Shown: in pieces, positions 51,965 to 62,633 of the stretch
Position numbering within the stretch: the first letter of the stretch is position 1
How the letters are laid out: each line of letters opens with the position of its first letter
DNA from: an uncultured delta proteobacterium
Lineage (GTDB): Bacteria; Desulfobacterota; RBG-13-43-22
Reading direction: 5' to 3'
Length of the DNA stretch: 64,000 nt
Assembly (NCBI GenBank): GCA_963802945.1
Contig: CAWDKY010000053.1
Span: 160,001-224,000 of the forward strand
The notes under the pieces: model-generated
What the model was told of the DNA's origin: nothing
Databases searched by the model: none
The model's input: the letters and a program-made list of their open reading frames with translations, nothing else
Translations under genes and position numbers: made by a program

Positions 51965-52690
51965 ATGATTATTTCGCACGATAAAAGGTTTGTCATGTTT
52001 CGCGCCTGGAAGGCTGCCAGCTCAACTTTAGCTTTAAGACTTCGAATTTACAATCAAAGTCCATATTCGCATTTTTTTTACTTTAACAAATTCCTAAACA
52101 GGGTGACCCATGGGCATATTACCTGCGCCGAATTCACTCATCTCCCAGAAAGCAACCTTGGTTATTTTACTGCCTCGTTCGTTAGAAACCCATATGATCG
52201 AGTCTATTCCGGATTTCGGCAGTTAATAAAAGACATTAACGAACAACCTTTTTTGGATTATCCGGAGTTGTGGATACGAGACAGGGTAAAGAAGCAATTG
52301 GCGGAAAATTTTGAGCAATTAGTCCAAGCATCTTTTGAATTTAACAGGTGGTTTGATTTGATAAGAGAAGAGCAAGTTTATCATGTTGGCGTTAACACGA
52401 ATTTCCCGCTGCACCCCTCTCATTACTGGACGCATAATGCGGGAAGGCAATTCGTCGACTTTATTGGAAAGGTTGAGAACTTTGAAGAGCATTTTAATCG
52501 GTTCTTACGCTTAATGAATATTGATAACCTGGAAGTCGTCAATGCCAACGTAGTTGAATTAGAATCAAAGGATAAACAGGAACCGTTTGGCTATCGTTAC
52601 ACAAACCGGATGTCAAAAAAAACTATAGAAAAAATCAATCGAATATTTTGCCTTGATTTCGAATTGTTTAACTACGAACCAATCAAATAG
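51965..52690 (+). CDS. Sulfotransferase family 2 protein
   Basis: MIISH..FV....KAASST (5'-PSB), FVRNPYDRVYS (3'-PB), DFIGKVENFE, DFELFNY. Confidence 0.8.
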   Translation: MIISHDKRFVMFRAWKAASSTLALRLRIYNQSPYSHFFYFNKFLNRVTHGHITCAEFTHLPESNLGYFTASFVRNPYDRVYSGFRQLIKDINEQPFLDYPELWIRDRVKKQLAENFEQLVQASFEFNRWFDLIREEQVYHVGVNTNFPLHPSHYWTHNAGRQFVDFIGKVENFEEHFNRFLRLMNIDNLEVVNANVVELESKDKQEPFGYRYTNRMSKKTIEKINRIFCLDFELFNYEPIK

Positions 52691-52886
52691 CTCAATAACT
52701 CGAATAGCCTCGGGACGTGGGCCTTTATTTTTTGAGGCGTTCGATCTGAGTAGAAACAACATGATCTTCTATGTAACGGCTGGCCATAGAAAATTTCATA
52801 CAGACAACCAATGACATTGCGATCGGTCGTATCAAAGAAGTATTTTTGATTTCATCAAAGCCCAAGGGATATTTAGGGACAATGGA

Positions 52887-53828
52887 ATGAAATTTACCGG
52901 AGAACGCTATCACAACACTCCGAACTCTGCGCAGATCAGTTACGAGCATTGGCACCGGTATCTTTATGCAACGCAATTCATCAAAGGAAAGGTCGTTTTA
53001 GACATTGCATCCGGGGAAGGGTATGGAACGAGCTTGATGGCCCAAACGGCCAAGACGGTTGTGGGCATTGATATTTCTCAAGAGGCTGTTGATTTCGCAG
53101 CAGAGCACTATCCCCGAAACAACATTTCCTTCCTGCAGGGATCGGTGGAAAATATCCCCATTGATGGTGCAAATAAATTTGATGTTATAGTTTCTTTTGA
53201 AACCATCGAGCATGTGGATGCCAGGGCACAGGAAATCTTCCTGAATGAAGTAAAACGTCTTTTGAAGGATGATGGGGTCTTCATCGTTTCTTCTCCCAAT
53301 AAACTGTTTTTTTCTGATATTCCAAAATACAAAACTGATTTCCACATCAAAGAATTTTACGAGAAAGAATTCAGGAACTTTTTAGAAACATATTTCGATC
53401 ATATTGTCCTGTTGGGACAGAAGGTTTTTACCGGCTCCAACATGTGGCAACTTAACGATTCAAAATCCGCAGGTTCATTTGCTGAATATCAGATCACAAA
53501 CGATGGACAGCGTATTGTCGTAACGGATGAAAAGAAAGAATCGCGTTATATGTTTGCTGTTTGCTCTGATGTAAAAATTAAAGTAGCAGAAAATTCATTT
53601 TTGGTTGATGTTTCCCTAAGCCTTTTATCTGAACGTGACAGGCAGATTGCCGTCCTCAATCAGACATTGGCACAACGTGACACAATGATTGTCAACCTGG
53701 AGCAAACGATAACTGAACGCGACGCTCAGATCATCCAAATCACCTCGAGCCATTCATGGAAGATGACGCTTCCGTTGCAGGAAGTCGTGCGGTGGGTTGC
53801 AAACCTGATGTCACATGCCAAACGTTAA
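52887..53828 (+). CDS. Class I SAM methyltransferase with short coiled coil
   Basis: FTGERY, EHWHRY, VLDIASGEGYG, SFETIEH, SSPNK; ERDRQIA..QRD..ERDAQI..SHSWKMTLPL. Confidence 0.87.
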   Translation: MKFTGERYHNTPNSAQISYEHWHRYLYATQFIKGKVVLDIASGEGYGTSLMAQTAKTVVGIDISQEAVDFAAEHYPRNNISFLQGSVENIPIDGANKFDVIVSFETIEHVDARAQEIFLNEVKRLLKDDGVFIVSSPNKLFFSDIPKYKTDFHIKEFYEKEFRNFLETYFDHIVLLGQKVFTGSNMWQLNDSKSAGSFAEYQITNDGQRIVVTDEKKESRYMFAVCSDVKIKVAENSFLVDVSLSLLSERDRQIAVLNQTLAQRDTMIVNLEQTITERDAQIIQITSSHSWKMTLPLQEVVRWVANLMSHAKR

Positions 53829-53961
53829 TGGGGATAGGCGGCAAAGCTTGCCGAGTCGGTTGATGTGCTCCTCTTCCCGCGCCAATAAAAACATGCAGGC
53901 TTTTCGAGACTTGGTCAACTCCCACTAAATTTATTATCAAGGAAAGTTAATAAAAATCAAA

Positions 53962-56900
53962 ATGAACAAAAACAACGTGACCATAATAATACCGGTCTAT
54001 AAAGACTTCCCGGCCTTAAAGAGCTGTATTCAATCTCTTAAAAAATTTGTTGGTTCGAGACACAAAATTTTGATTGTTAATGATTGTAGTCCGGAAATAA
54101 ACATGGAGAACGACATTGTAAATGAAATTGATCAAGATAGTAGATTTAATTACTATAAAAATAATGAAAATTTAGGATTTGTGAGAACCTGTAATAAAGC
54201 GGTAATAGAATTGGATAAAACCAAAAACGACATCCTTGTTCTAAATTCAGATACTGAAGTAACGGATAATTTTTTGGAAGAGATGATCGACATATTATAT
54301 AACTGCGAAAAGCACGGCATCGTATGTCCGCGAAGCAACAATGCCACGATATTATCTATCCCCCTCAATTATAATGAAGATCGAAGAAAAATCATCAATG
54401 AAAGTTATGCGTGTTATTTAAAAATTAAATATTTGCTTCCGAGATTCAATATTATCCCCACTGCTGTTGGCTTTTGCATGTTAACCAAGAGGGAATTAAT
54501 AAATAGATATGGTTTTTTTGATGAAATATATTCCCCCGGATATAACGAAGAAAATGATTTTTCTATGAGGATAAACAGATACGGATATTCATCGATCATG
54601 GCGAATCACTCATTTGTATTTCATCACGAAACAAAGAGCTTTACCTTACATGGGAAAAAAGAACTAAATGATAAAAATCAAAAAATATTATTGGAAAGGT
54701 ATCCTTATTATCTCAATCTTGTAAGTAATTATTTGAATTATCAGATCAATCCTGTTGACCATTTTTCAGACGTTATCGACAATTCTTTTTCTGAGAAAAC
54801 CAGGATACTTTTTAGTCTATATAATCTTCCTGTTATGCACAATGGAACATCCGAATATGGATTAAATTTGCTCAGTAATTTTATTGAGAAATATAAGGAT
54901 AAATACGACATAGATATATTAACTACGCCCGCCGGGGCTGAATTCCACAAATTATCAGAAAAATATAATAACATATTTTATCCGGACACCATCACAAAAC
55001 ATTATCATATCACCATCTGTCCCTCACAAATCTTTGATATAAGACACTTATTGGTATTAAATAAGTATTCATTAAGAATTCTTGTCACCATGCAAGACAT
55101 CATATCTCTAAGATGTCGATATCTCTATATTGAAAACCCCAGTGTTGAAAATCTAGTTGCCTTGACCCTTAGGTTTTCTGACGGGATAATCTCCTTAACA
55201 AACTACTCAAAAAAAGATCTGATGACATATTTCGAACCGCTCCCGGCGAATAACAAAAAACCCAATATAAGAGTGATACCGCAAGGAATATCGAATGATT
55301 TTCAAGAGTTTGAAAAATTTAAGCATGAAATACCTTTTGAGGAATACGTATTAATTGTTGGCAATGATTATCATGATCATAAATCAGTAAAAGATTGCAT
55401 CAATCACCTCCAAAATATGGAAATCAATTTCTGTGTTTTGGGGTGTGGCGATATGGGAAAAAAAAATGTCAAATGCTATTCGAGCGGTTTTCTTGATGGC
55501 GCATTCATTGAGGCCTTATATCATTTTGCTGCTTTAGTGATTTTTCCAAGCACCTATGAAGGTTTTGGAATACCTCTTATTAAAAGCGTCTTACACTCCA
55601 AGAAAATTGTCGTGCTCGACAATGAAATAAATAAAGAAATATCCAATGATTATGGAAAAGAAAACTTCTTGTTCTTCAAAACATATGATCAAATTAGAGA
55701 CCACATCCTAAATTGTAAAAAAACACCATTCAGAAATAACAATCAAGCAAGAACATGGGAAGATGTGGCTGATGATACCGAGGAATTTGTTGAAGAAATA
55801 TTAAGCATAGGAATAGATTCCAAAGAACTGGCAAAAAGATGGTATTCATTATTATCTATCGAACAACAAATAAAAGAGGGAGACCTAAAAATAGAACAAC
55901 AAATAAGGGAGAGGGCCCTGTTAATTATAGCAGCATTATTTTACCCACATTCCCTTCAATCTCCGAGTGGATGGGTGGGACACTTACCGTTTGCGGCTTG
56001 GGTGATCCAAGATATTTCACCAAAAGTATTTGTTGAGCTTGGCACGCATATCGGGAATTCCTATTTTTCGTTCTGCCAATCCGTTTTCGAAGCCGGCCTT
56101 TCAACAAAATGTTATGCCATCGATACCTGGCAAGGGGATGAACATGCCGAGAAATATGACGAAGAGATTTTCGCCAAAGTTAACGCATATAATCAGGAAC
56201 ACTATGCCGGATTCTCCAGGCTGTTGCGGATGACTTTTGATGATGCCGTTACACATTTTGCGGATGGATCCATAGAGTTATTGCACATTGACGGTTTGCA
56301 TACATATGAAGCAGTGTGCCATGATTTTGATACTTGGCTGCCCAAATTGGCACCCGGAGCCGTGGTTATATTGCACGATACCCAAGTTCGCAAAAATAAC
56401 TTTGGGGTGTGGAAACTCTGGGAAGAACTGCAAGAGCGTTACCCGAACAATTTAGAGTTTGTCCATTCGTACGGGCTCGGAGTGTTGCAACTAAACAACA
56501 CGCCGGCTGATAAGAGACTCACCTGGTTTCGACCCAATTCCTCCGAAAAGCTTCGATTGATAAATTACTTTGCCGCTCTGGGCTTCCGGCAATTGGAACA
56601 TTTTGAATTAAACGAACAAAAGCAGCTAATAGCTGAACGCGACGGGCAAATCGCCAACCTTTATCACTCTACCAGTTGGCGAATTACACGGCCTCTTCGC
56701 ATTATTGGGCGCCAGTTAAAAAGATACCGACGTGTTGCTGAATTTGCCCTCCCTGCTATTCAGCGTGGCGGTGGTTTGAAAAGCACACTTAAGAAAGTAA
56801 TACGACTATACCGTCGTGAGGGTTTGGTTGGTATCAAGCGCGATTTTAGATGGGTTGCTGCCTCGCAACTACCTGATAATTTAAAAGATATCAACTCTGC

Positions 56901-59226
56901 CTACCGGAGGGCGGTGAGCCAGCCGGCTGAGGAATTATTAGCTCCGCGGGTTTTGATCATCGCCGAGATGAGCATTCCCCAGTGCAAGAAATATCGCGTC
57001 CAGCAGAAACAAGATTTGTTTAAATTCCTGGGTATCAATTGCACCATGCTCAATTGGGCTGACGCTCAAGCGTGTCTTAATGCGTTGCAAACACACTCTC
57101 TGGTCATCTTCTACCGGGTGCCCGCATATAATAGTGTGCTTTCGATTATTAATGAAGCGAAGCGACTACGCCTCCCAACGATTTGGGAGGTGGATGATTT
57201 AATTTTCGACAAAAAAGTGTTGATCAAGAGCAAAACACTATTAGCTTTGAACAAAGAAATCGTTGACCAGCTCGTTGAAGGTGCCGGTCTGTATCGCAGG
57301 GCCATGCTGCTTTGCGACCAGGGAATTGCTTCCACCACAGGTCTTGCCGATGCCATGAAGAAGGCTGGTTTGTCCGAAGTGCATGTCATCGAAAATGCGT
57401 TGGACCGACAGACCTTGGAGGTTGCAGAAAAGGTCTGTCGTGACCATACCTTTCACCGAAATGGCATTGTTCGTATTTTCTATGGCTCAGGAACAAACAC
57501 GCATAATGTCGATTTTCAAGAAGCTGCGCCCGCCATTATCAAGATATTGGATAAATTTCCCAATGTGCGGCTTCGCCTCATGGGATTATTGAATTTACCC
57601 GAAATTTTTTCTCAGTATGAGGAGCAGGTGGAGCGTTTGCCAACCTGTTCTTACGAAGAATATATGACTGCCCTGGCTGAGTGTGATATCAGTATTACAC
57701 CTCTCGAGAACTATGTTTTCAATGATTCCAAGAGCAACATAAAATATCTGGAAGCCTCCATTGTTAAGGTGCCTTCTGTTTGTTCGCCGCGGGCTGCTTT
57801 TGCTCAGGTCATGATCCATGGCCAGAACGGCTTGTTGTGTGAAACAGATGATGAATGGGAGGCCGCTCTTACGTTGCTTGTGACAGACAACGCGAAGCGA
57901 AACGAGGTCGGTGAGGCCGCATACACAACGATAAGGCAACGCTATTTGCCGGAAAGCATCGCTCGGCAACAGGTTGCGCCCCTGCTTGCTTGCCACGACA
58001 GAAACCCCGACACCCTGCGGGTGCTTTCGGTAAACTGCTTTTACTATCCTCGTTCCTACGGGGGAGCAACCATTGTTGCAGAAGAGGTCAATAAACAAAT
58101 CAATAATAAGGATGGTTTTCAGGTTCATGTCTTCACGGCCTTGCCATCTTCTGTGGCGCCCTCTTATACAACCAGACGTTATGAGGTTGACGGCATCAAC
58201 GTCTATGGCGTAGGGCTGCCTGACCGATTGGATGAAAAGACACAATTCGAGAACCCTGAGATCGTCGACGCCTTTGGCAACGTTCTTGCCGTGGTACAGC
58301 CCGATATCGTGCATTTTCACTGTATTCAAGGTATCGGAGTATCGGTGGTCGATCTTTGCGTCCGAAAGAGCATCAAATATGTTATTACACTTCACGATGC
58401 CTGGTGGCTGTGCGGTCGACAATTCATGATCAACAGGAAAGGCAAATACTGCGAGCAGAAAAAAATCGATCTTGCCGTATGTGCAACATGTGTCGACAAT
58501 CATCACTTGAATTTATACCGGAGTGAGCGCCTGATCGCTGCATTGCGTCACGCCTCGGCATTGCTGACGCCAAGCCGCTTTTTTGCAGACTTTTACATTG
58601 CCAACGGATTTACTAATGTACAGGTTAATAAAAATGGCGTACTGAAGCCTGGCAGTACGTCACGGTTTCGTAGGAAAGGTCCTCTTAGGTTTGGCTATGT
58701 CGGCGGCAACACTAAAGTTAAAGGCTTTCACCTGGTCAAGAAAGTCTTCTCCGGTCTTGCCGGCTCTAACGTCAGGCTTATGCTGGTCGATAACATGTTG
58801 AGTCTCGGTTTCACCTCCTACCATCAGCAGGATTTAGCGGGCATTCCTAAAGCAAAGATTGTGCCTGCCTACACTCAGAGCAATATTGACGACTTCTTTG
58901 CCAAAATTGATGTTTTGTTGTTTCCCACGCAATGGAAAGAAAGTTTCGGTCTGACAGTCCGCGAGGCATTGGCAAGAAATGTTTGGGTTATCGCAACGGA
59001 TGCTGGAGGGGTTATCGAAGATATCAAGCCTGGTCAAAACGGCTATATCGTACCCTTCGGGGATACGGGAGAAGGCTTGAAACAGGCTGTCATCGACACG
59101 CTGCGGCATTTTGAACAAATCACTCCTGGTGAAGAAATCTTGCTCGGTACGACGGATATCACCTTCTTCGAGGATCAAGCCGCCGAACTTGAGGCTATAC
59201 TGAAGCAAGTCCATGCCGGCAACTAA
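53962..59226 (+). CDS. 1754-aa multidomain protein: GT2, GT4-like, methyltransferase (Methyltransf_24), short coil, two further GT-B domains
   Basis: IIIPVY/NDCS/LNSD/EENDF; FPSTYEGFGIP; VELGTH..DTWQGD..LHIDGLHTYE; EVDDLIFD/KSNIKYLEA; YGGAT/TLHDAWW/ESFGLTVREA. Confidence 0.85.
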   Translation: MNKNNVTIIIPVYKDFPALKSCIQSLKKFVGSRHKILIVNDCSPEINMENDIVNEIDQDSRFNYYKNNENLGFVRTCNKAVIELDKTKNDILVLNSDTEVTDNFLEEMIDILYNCEKHGIVCPRSNNATILSIPLNYNEDRRKIINESYACYLKIKYLLPRFNIIPTAVGFCMLTKRELINRYGFFDEIYSPGYNEENDFSMRINRYGYSSIMANHSFVFHHETKSFTLHGKKELNDKNQKILLERYPYYLNLVSNYLNYQINPVDHFSDVIDNSFSEKTRILFSLYNLPVMHNGTSEYGLNLLSNFIEKYKDKYDIDILTTPAGAEFHKLSEKYNNIFYPDTITKHYHITICPSQIFDIRHLLVLNKYSLRILVTMQDIISLRCRYLYIENPSVENLVALTLRFSDGIISLTNYSKKDLMTYFEPLPANNKKPNIRVIPQGISNDFQEFEKFKHEIPFEEYVLIVGNDYHDHKSVKDCINHLQNMEINFCVLGCGDMGKKNVKCYSSGFLDGAFIEALYHFAALVIFPSTYEGFGIPLIKSVLHSKKIVVLDNEINKEISNDYGKENFLFFKTYDQIRDHILNCKKTPFRNNNQARTWEDVADDTEEFVEEILSIGIDSKELAKRWYSLLSIEQQIKEGDLKIEQQIRERALLIIAALFYPHSLQSPSGWVGHLPFAAWVIQDISPKVFVELGTHIGNSYFSFCQSVFEAGLSTKCYAIDTWQGDEHAEKYDEEIFAKVNAYNQEHYAGFSRLLRMTFDDAVTHFADGSIELLHIDGLHTYEAVCHDFDTWLPKLAPGAVVILHDTQVRKNNFGVWKLWEELQERYPNNLEFVHSYGLGVLQLNNTPADKRLTWFRPNSSEKLRLINYFAALGFRQLEHFELNEQKQLIAERDGQIANLYHSTSWRITRPLRIIGRQLKRYRRVAEFALPAIQRGGGLKSTLKKVIRLYRREGLVGIKRDFRWVAASQLPDNLKDINSAYRRAVSQPAEELLAPRVLIIAEMSIPQCKKYRVQQKQDLFKFLGINCTMLNWADAQACLNALQTHSLVIFYRVPAYNSVLSIINEAKRLRLPTIWEVDDLIFDKKVLIKSKTLLALNKEIVDQLVEGAGLYRRAMLLCDQGIASTTGLADAMKKAGLSEVHVIENALDRQTLEVAEKVCRDHTFHRNGIVRIFYGSGTNTHNVDFQEAAPAIIKILDKFPNVRLRLMGLLNLPEIFSQYEEQVERLPTCSYEEYMTALAECDISITPLENYVFNDSKSNIKYLEASIVKVPSVCSPRAAFAQVMIHGQNGLLCETDDEWEAALTLLVTDNAKRNEVGEAAYTTIRQRYLPESIARQQVAPLLACHDRNPDTLRVLSVNCFYYPRSYGGATIVAEEVNKQINNKDGFQVHVFTALPSSVAPSYTTRRYEVDGINVYGVGLPDRLDEKTQFENPEIVDAFGNVLAVVQPDIVHFHCIQGIGVSVVDLCVRKSIKYVITLHDAWWLCGRQFMINRKGKYCEQKKIDLAVCATCVDNHHLNLYRSERLIAALRHASALLTPSRFFADFYIANGFTNVQVNKNGVLKPGSTSRFRRKGPLRFGYVGGNTKVKGFHLVKKVFSGLAGSNVRLMLVDNMLSLGFTSYHQQDLAGIPKAKIVPAYTQSNIDDFFAKIDVLLFPTQWKESFGLTVREALARNVWVIATDAGGVIEDIKPGQNGYIVPFGDTGEGLKQAVIDTLRHFEQITPGEEILLGTTDITFFEDQAAELEAILKQVHAGN

Positions 59227-59240
59227 GCAATGAGGTTATT

Positions 59241-60749
59241 TTGGATCTAAAGAAACAGGCCTTCGAGAGCACATCGAGCAACATAAGTCCGTGGATGATC
59301 TTATTGATCCTTGTTGTCGGCTCATTTTTTTCAGTACTCATACCACCCTTCCAGTCTCCGGATGAGCCTGCCCATGTCATGCGAGCTTACTTATTAAGCA
59401 AGGGTTCGATTATTTTGGATGCGCCAGCCGGTAATAATTCAGGCGGCATGATTGACTCGGGCCTTGTTGCTTATTCTGAAGTTTATGAAGTTCTTAAATT
59501 TAAGCCAGATAGAAAGTTATTGGCTGACGAAATAGATTCGGCAAAATTCATTAAGTGGACAGGTATTAAAGAATTTAAAGCAGTACCCCTTGCATTTTAT
59601 TTCCCACTAAGTTACCTACCACAGGCCCTAGGCCTTACGGTAGGAGAAATATTAGGGCTAACGATCAATTCCTCTTACCTGCTGGCCAGGTTCCTGGTTC
59701 TTGTGTCCATTGCCTTGATTTTGTTTGCAGCATTTCAAGTATACCCGGTAAATCCGCTAACCATTGCGCTGTTAATCATACCGATGAGTGTATTTCAATC
59801 CTCATCTGCAAGTCTGGATGGCGTTTCAACAGCCTTGGCCATTTTTTCCATTGCAACATTTTTGCGGCTTGCTGTTGAGAAAGATAACGCCAGCCCTTGG
59901 CTTTTTTATTTGCATACCTTGTCGGTAGTTTTGGTGGCAACGTGCAGACCTCATTTACTACCATTGTTGGCCCTGGTTTTGGTGGTTGGCTTTTATCTCC
60001 CCAAAAAGAAATATTTATATATTTCCGCCTTTGCTTTGTTGTTTGTTCTGACATGGTTTATCATCGCAAATAAAACAACAGTCGACTTCGTTGATAAAGT
60101 TGGCATTTCAAAAGCGAGTTGCGCGTTGTTTTACATTAAAAATCCCATAGCATTCTTTGATGTCCTCATGGCCACATTGGATAGAGATCATCTTAGATTT
60201 CTAATAAAATCTTTTTTGGGCATACTCGGATGGATTGATACTCGATTCAGTACAGAAGCATATAAGTTTCTTTTTATAGTCACTATCTTGATTGGTCTGT
60301 TCTCAGTTTCTGTAAAAAATTTAAAGACTGGATGGATTCCGCGGCTCGTTCTGCTTTTCAGCGCGTTTTCTTCTGTTTTTCTTATTTTCTTTTCATCCCT
60401 AATTACTTGGAATCCACATCCTGCTAGAATTATCGATGGTGTCCAGGGCCGATATTTTTTGGTTCCAACGATTATGGTTGCTTACGCCATTTCAGGCGGA
60501 TCAAATATATCCGATGGTATCTGTCGAAAAATTGCCCTCTTACTGGTTATACTCTTAGGGGCATTCACCATTTTTAGCATGCCACGGGTACTGATTGAAA
60601 GATATTATCTTGGGCTTGAACAGCCCAAACAGATTTCCTTAGTAATCCGCGCGAGTGCGTTTCTGGAAAAAAATAATCCAGTTACCCTATTTATGAGCAA
60701 GGATCACGAAAGAAATCTGCAACCACTGAAGCGCAATGGCATACATTAA
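59241..60749 (+). CDS. DUF2142 family polytopic membrane protein (GT-C-like)
   Basis: PPFQSPDEPAH, YLPQALG, G.LGWIDT, GVQGRYF; many TM segments. Confidence 0.78.
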   Translation: MDLKKQAFESTSSNISPWMILLILVVGSFFSVLIPPFQSPDEPAHVMRAYLLSKGSIILDAPAGNNSGGMIDSGLVAYSEVYEVLKFKPDRKLLADEIDSAKFIKWTGIKEFKAVPLAFYFPLSYLPQALGLTVGEILGLTINSSYLLARFLVLVSIALILFAAFQVYPVNPLTIALLIIPMSVFQSSSASLDGVSTALAIFSIATFLRLAVEKDNASPWLFYLHTLSVVLVATCRPHLLPLLALVLVVGFYLPKKKYLYISAFALLFVLTWFIIANKTTVDFVDKVGISKASCALFYIKNPIAFFDVLMATLDRDHLRFLIKSFLGILGWIDTRFSTEAYKFLFIVTILIGLFSVSVKNLKTGWIPRLVLLFSAFSSVFLIFFSSLITWNPHPARIIDGVQGRYFLVPTIMVAYAISGGSNISDGICRKIALLLVILLGAFTIFSMPRVLIERYYLGLEQPKQISLVIRASAFLEKNNPVTLFMSKDHERNLQPLKRNGIH

Positions 60750-60779
60750 GGTAACATCTGAATCTTTAAAACTAATCCT

Positions 60780-62597
60780 TTGAAAGGAATTTTTAATAAC
60801 GATATGATTACCGAACAACATCCGATAATTTTCAACACACCCAGAAGATTACTTGAAGGAGATGAAGCATCTACTTGGATAACGCATGTTCCATTCGGTT
60901 TTTTTCTGATCAGTATTTTAAAGCCGAAGTTAGTCGTGGAGTTGGGTGTTTTTAGAGGCCAATCCTATGCCGTATTTTGCCAGGCCGCAAAAACATTGAA
61001 ACTTAACATCCGATGCTATGGGGTTGACACCTGGAAAGGCGACATCCATAATGGCGAATATGGTGAAGATGTTTATGAGGAATTTAGCCATTACAACCAG
61101 AAAGAATATGGCGAGTTTTCCCAACTTCTACGAATGACCTTCAATGAGGCCTTAACTCATTTTGAAGATGGAAGCATTGATCTTTTGCATATTGATGGTC
61201 TTCATACCTACGAGGGAGTCAAAAATGATTTTGAATCATGGCTGCCCAAAATGTCGCCATGCGGCGTTGTGGTTTTTCATGACACATTTATTAAAGATCT
61301 TGATTTTGGTGTTTGGAAATTGTGGGAGGAGATCTCACAAAAGTATCCCAGTTTTGAATTCGTGCAATGGTGTGGTCTTGGCGTAGCGGCCGTAGGCAAA
61401 GAAGTTAACAAGGACTTTATAGAATTTTTACAAGAAGCTAAAGTCAATGGATTTGTCAGTAAGCTTTTCTATTCTCTCGGAGAGCTGGTTCTTTCCGAAG
61501 CAAGAATAAACAAGTTGATTGGTGATTATAATAAATTGATCGATGATTTCAGCGACTATAAGGCAATGATCGCTAATTCCGTCGAGTGGAAGTATGGTGT
61601 GATAGTGCGTAAATTGCTTGTTTCTATCGCACCTAATAATACGTGGAGAAGAAAGGCATTGGACTATTCTGCGAAAATAAGTGTTGCTGTTTTAAAAAGA
61701 CTTACTGGCTCTTGGCAAATCAATAATAAAACGGATATCGACGTTGCCGAAGTTAAGCGAGTGTATGACGAAGACACGCTCAGGTCATTGGAAACCATGC
61801 CGCTGCCGCTTTCGAAAAATGGAAAAAGGAAATGCGCTATTTTTGTCATGGTTAAAAATGAGGATGTTTTTTTGCCGATCTGGCTGAAATATTACAGCCG
61901 GTATTTTGATGGGAAGGACATTTATGTTTTCGACCATCGGAGTATCGACGGCAGTGTGCAACAATGTTTGAAAGACTACACATTCAATGTCATCCGGCTG
62001 GATTATACCTCCAGTTTTGATCATCTTTGGTTTAAATTTGTCGCCGATAACGTGCAAAAAAAACTTTTTCAACATTACGAATACGTTATATTTACCGACA
62101 TAGATGAAATCATTCTGCCTGGTATTAATAAATACAGAGGCTTAAATGAGTATATTCAAAAACTGGACAAAAGTCACGTACGATGCATTGGTTATGAAAT
62201 AATACATGTGCCGGAAAAGGAAAAACCATATGATTCATCAGAATCTGTTTTATCTCAACGAAGATTCTGGTACTATTCCACTTGGTATAATAAAACGCTT
62301 ATATCCAACCAGCCATTGAATTGGATAATTGGATTCCATGAGGTTCGCAATCTGGAATCCAATTTTGATAATGATTTGATTCTGATCCATCTTCACAAGC
62401 TCGACTTTGATCTTTGTTGGAAAAAAAGCTTCGAGCGAGCGCGTCTCAAGTGGCCACTCGCAGATTTATTCAACAACTGGGGATGGCAGAACCGGTTTGT
62501 CGATATTGATAAATTCAGAGATTATTATGAGAGGTGGCCTGACGGCCTTAAAGTTGAGGAAATTCCTGAGGAATTACGGAAAAGTAATCTTTTTTAA
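60780..62597 (+). CDS. Methyltransferase (Methyltransf_24) fused to a GT-A glycosyltransferase-like domain
   Basis: VELGVFRGQS, DTWKGD, LHIDGLHTYE; MVKNEDVFLPIWLKYY, DHRSIDGS, TDIDE. Confidence 0.82.
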   Translation: MKGIFNNDMITEQHPIIFNTPRRLLEGDEASTWITHVPFGFFLISILKPKLVVELGVFRGQSYAVFCQAAKTLKLNIRCYGVDTWKGDIHNGEYGEDVYEEFSHYNQKEYGEFSQLLRMTFNEALTHFEDGSIDLLHIDGLHTYEGVKNDFESWLPKMSPCGVVVFHDTFIKDLDFGVWKLWEEISQKYPSFEFVQWCGLGVAAVGKEVNKDFIEFLQEAKVNGFVSKLFYSLGELVLSEARINKLIGDYNKLIDDFSDYKAMIANSVEWKYGVIVRKLLVSIAPNNTWRRKALDYSAKISVAVLKRLTGSWQINNKTDIDVAEVKRVYDEDTLRSLETMPLPLSKNGKRKCAIFVMVKNEDVFLPIWLKYYSRYFDGKDIYVFDHRSIDGSVQQCLKDYTFNVIRLDYTSSFDHLWFKFVADNVQKKLFQHYEYVIFTDIDEIILPGINKYRGLNEYIQKLDKSHVRCIGYEIIHVPEKEKPYDSSESVLSQRRFWYYSTWYNKTLISNQPLNWIIGFHEVRNLESNFDNDLILIHLHKLDFDLCWKKSFERARLKWPLADLFNNWGWQNRFVDIDKFRDYYERWPDGLKVEEIPEELRKSNLF

Positions 62598-62633
62598 TGA
62601 GGCGATTATAACAACCTGAAGCAACAACGGGGT

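Noticed and set aside
57595-58506. Long antisense ORFs such as this one, 4007-4759, 28563-29189 and 42353-43027
   Set aside because: Shadow frames of well-supported genes on the opposite strand with no recognisable motifs
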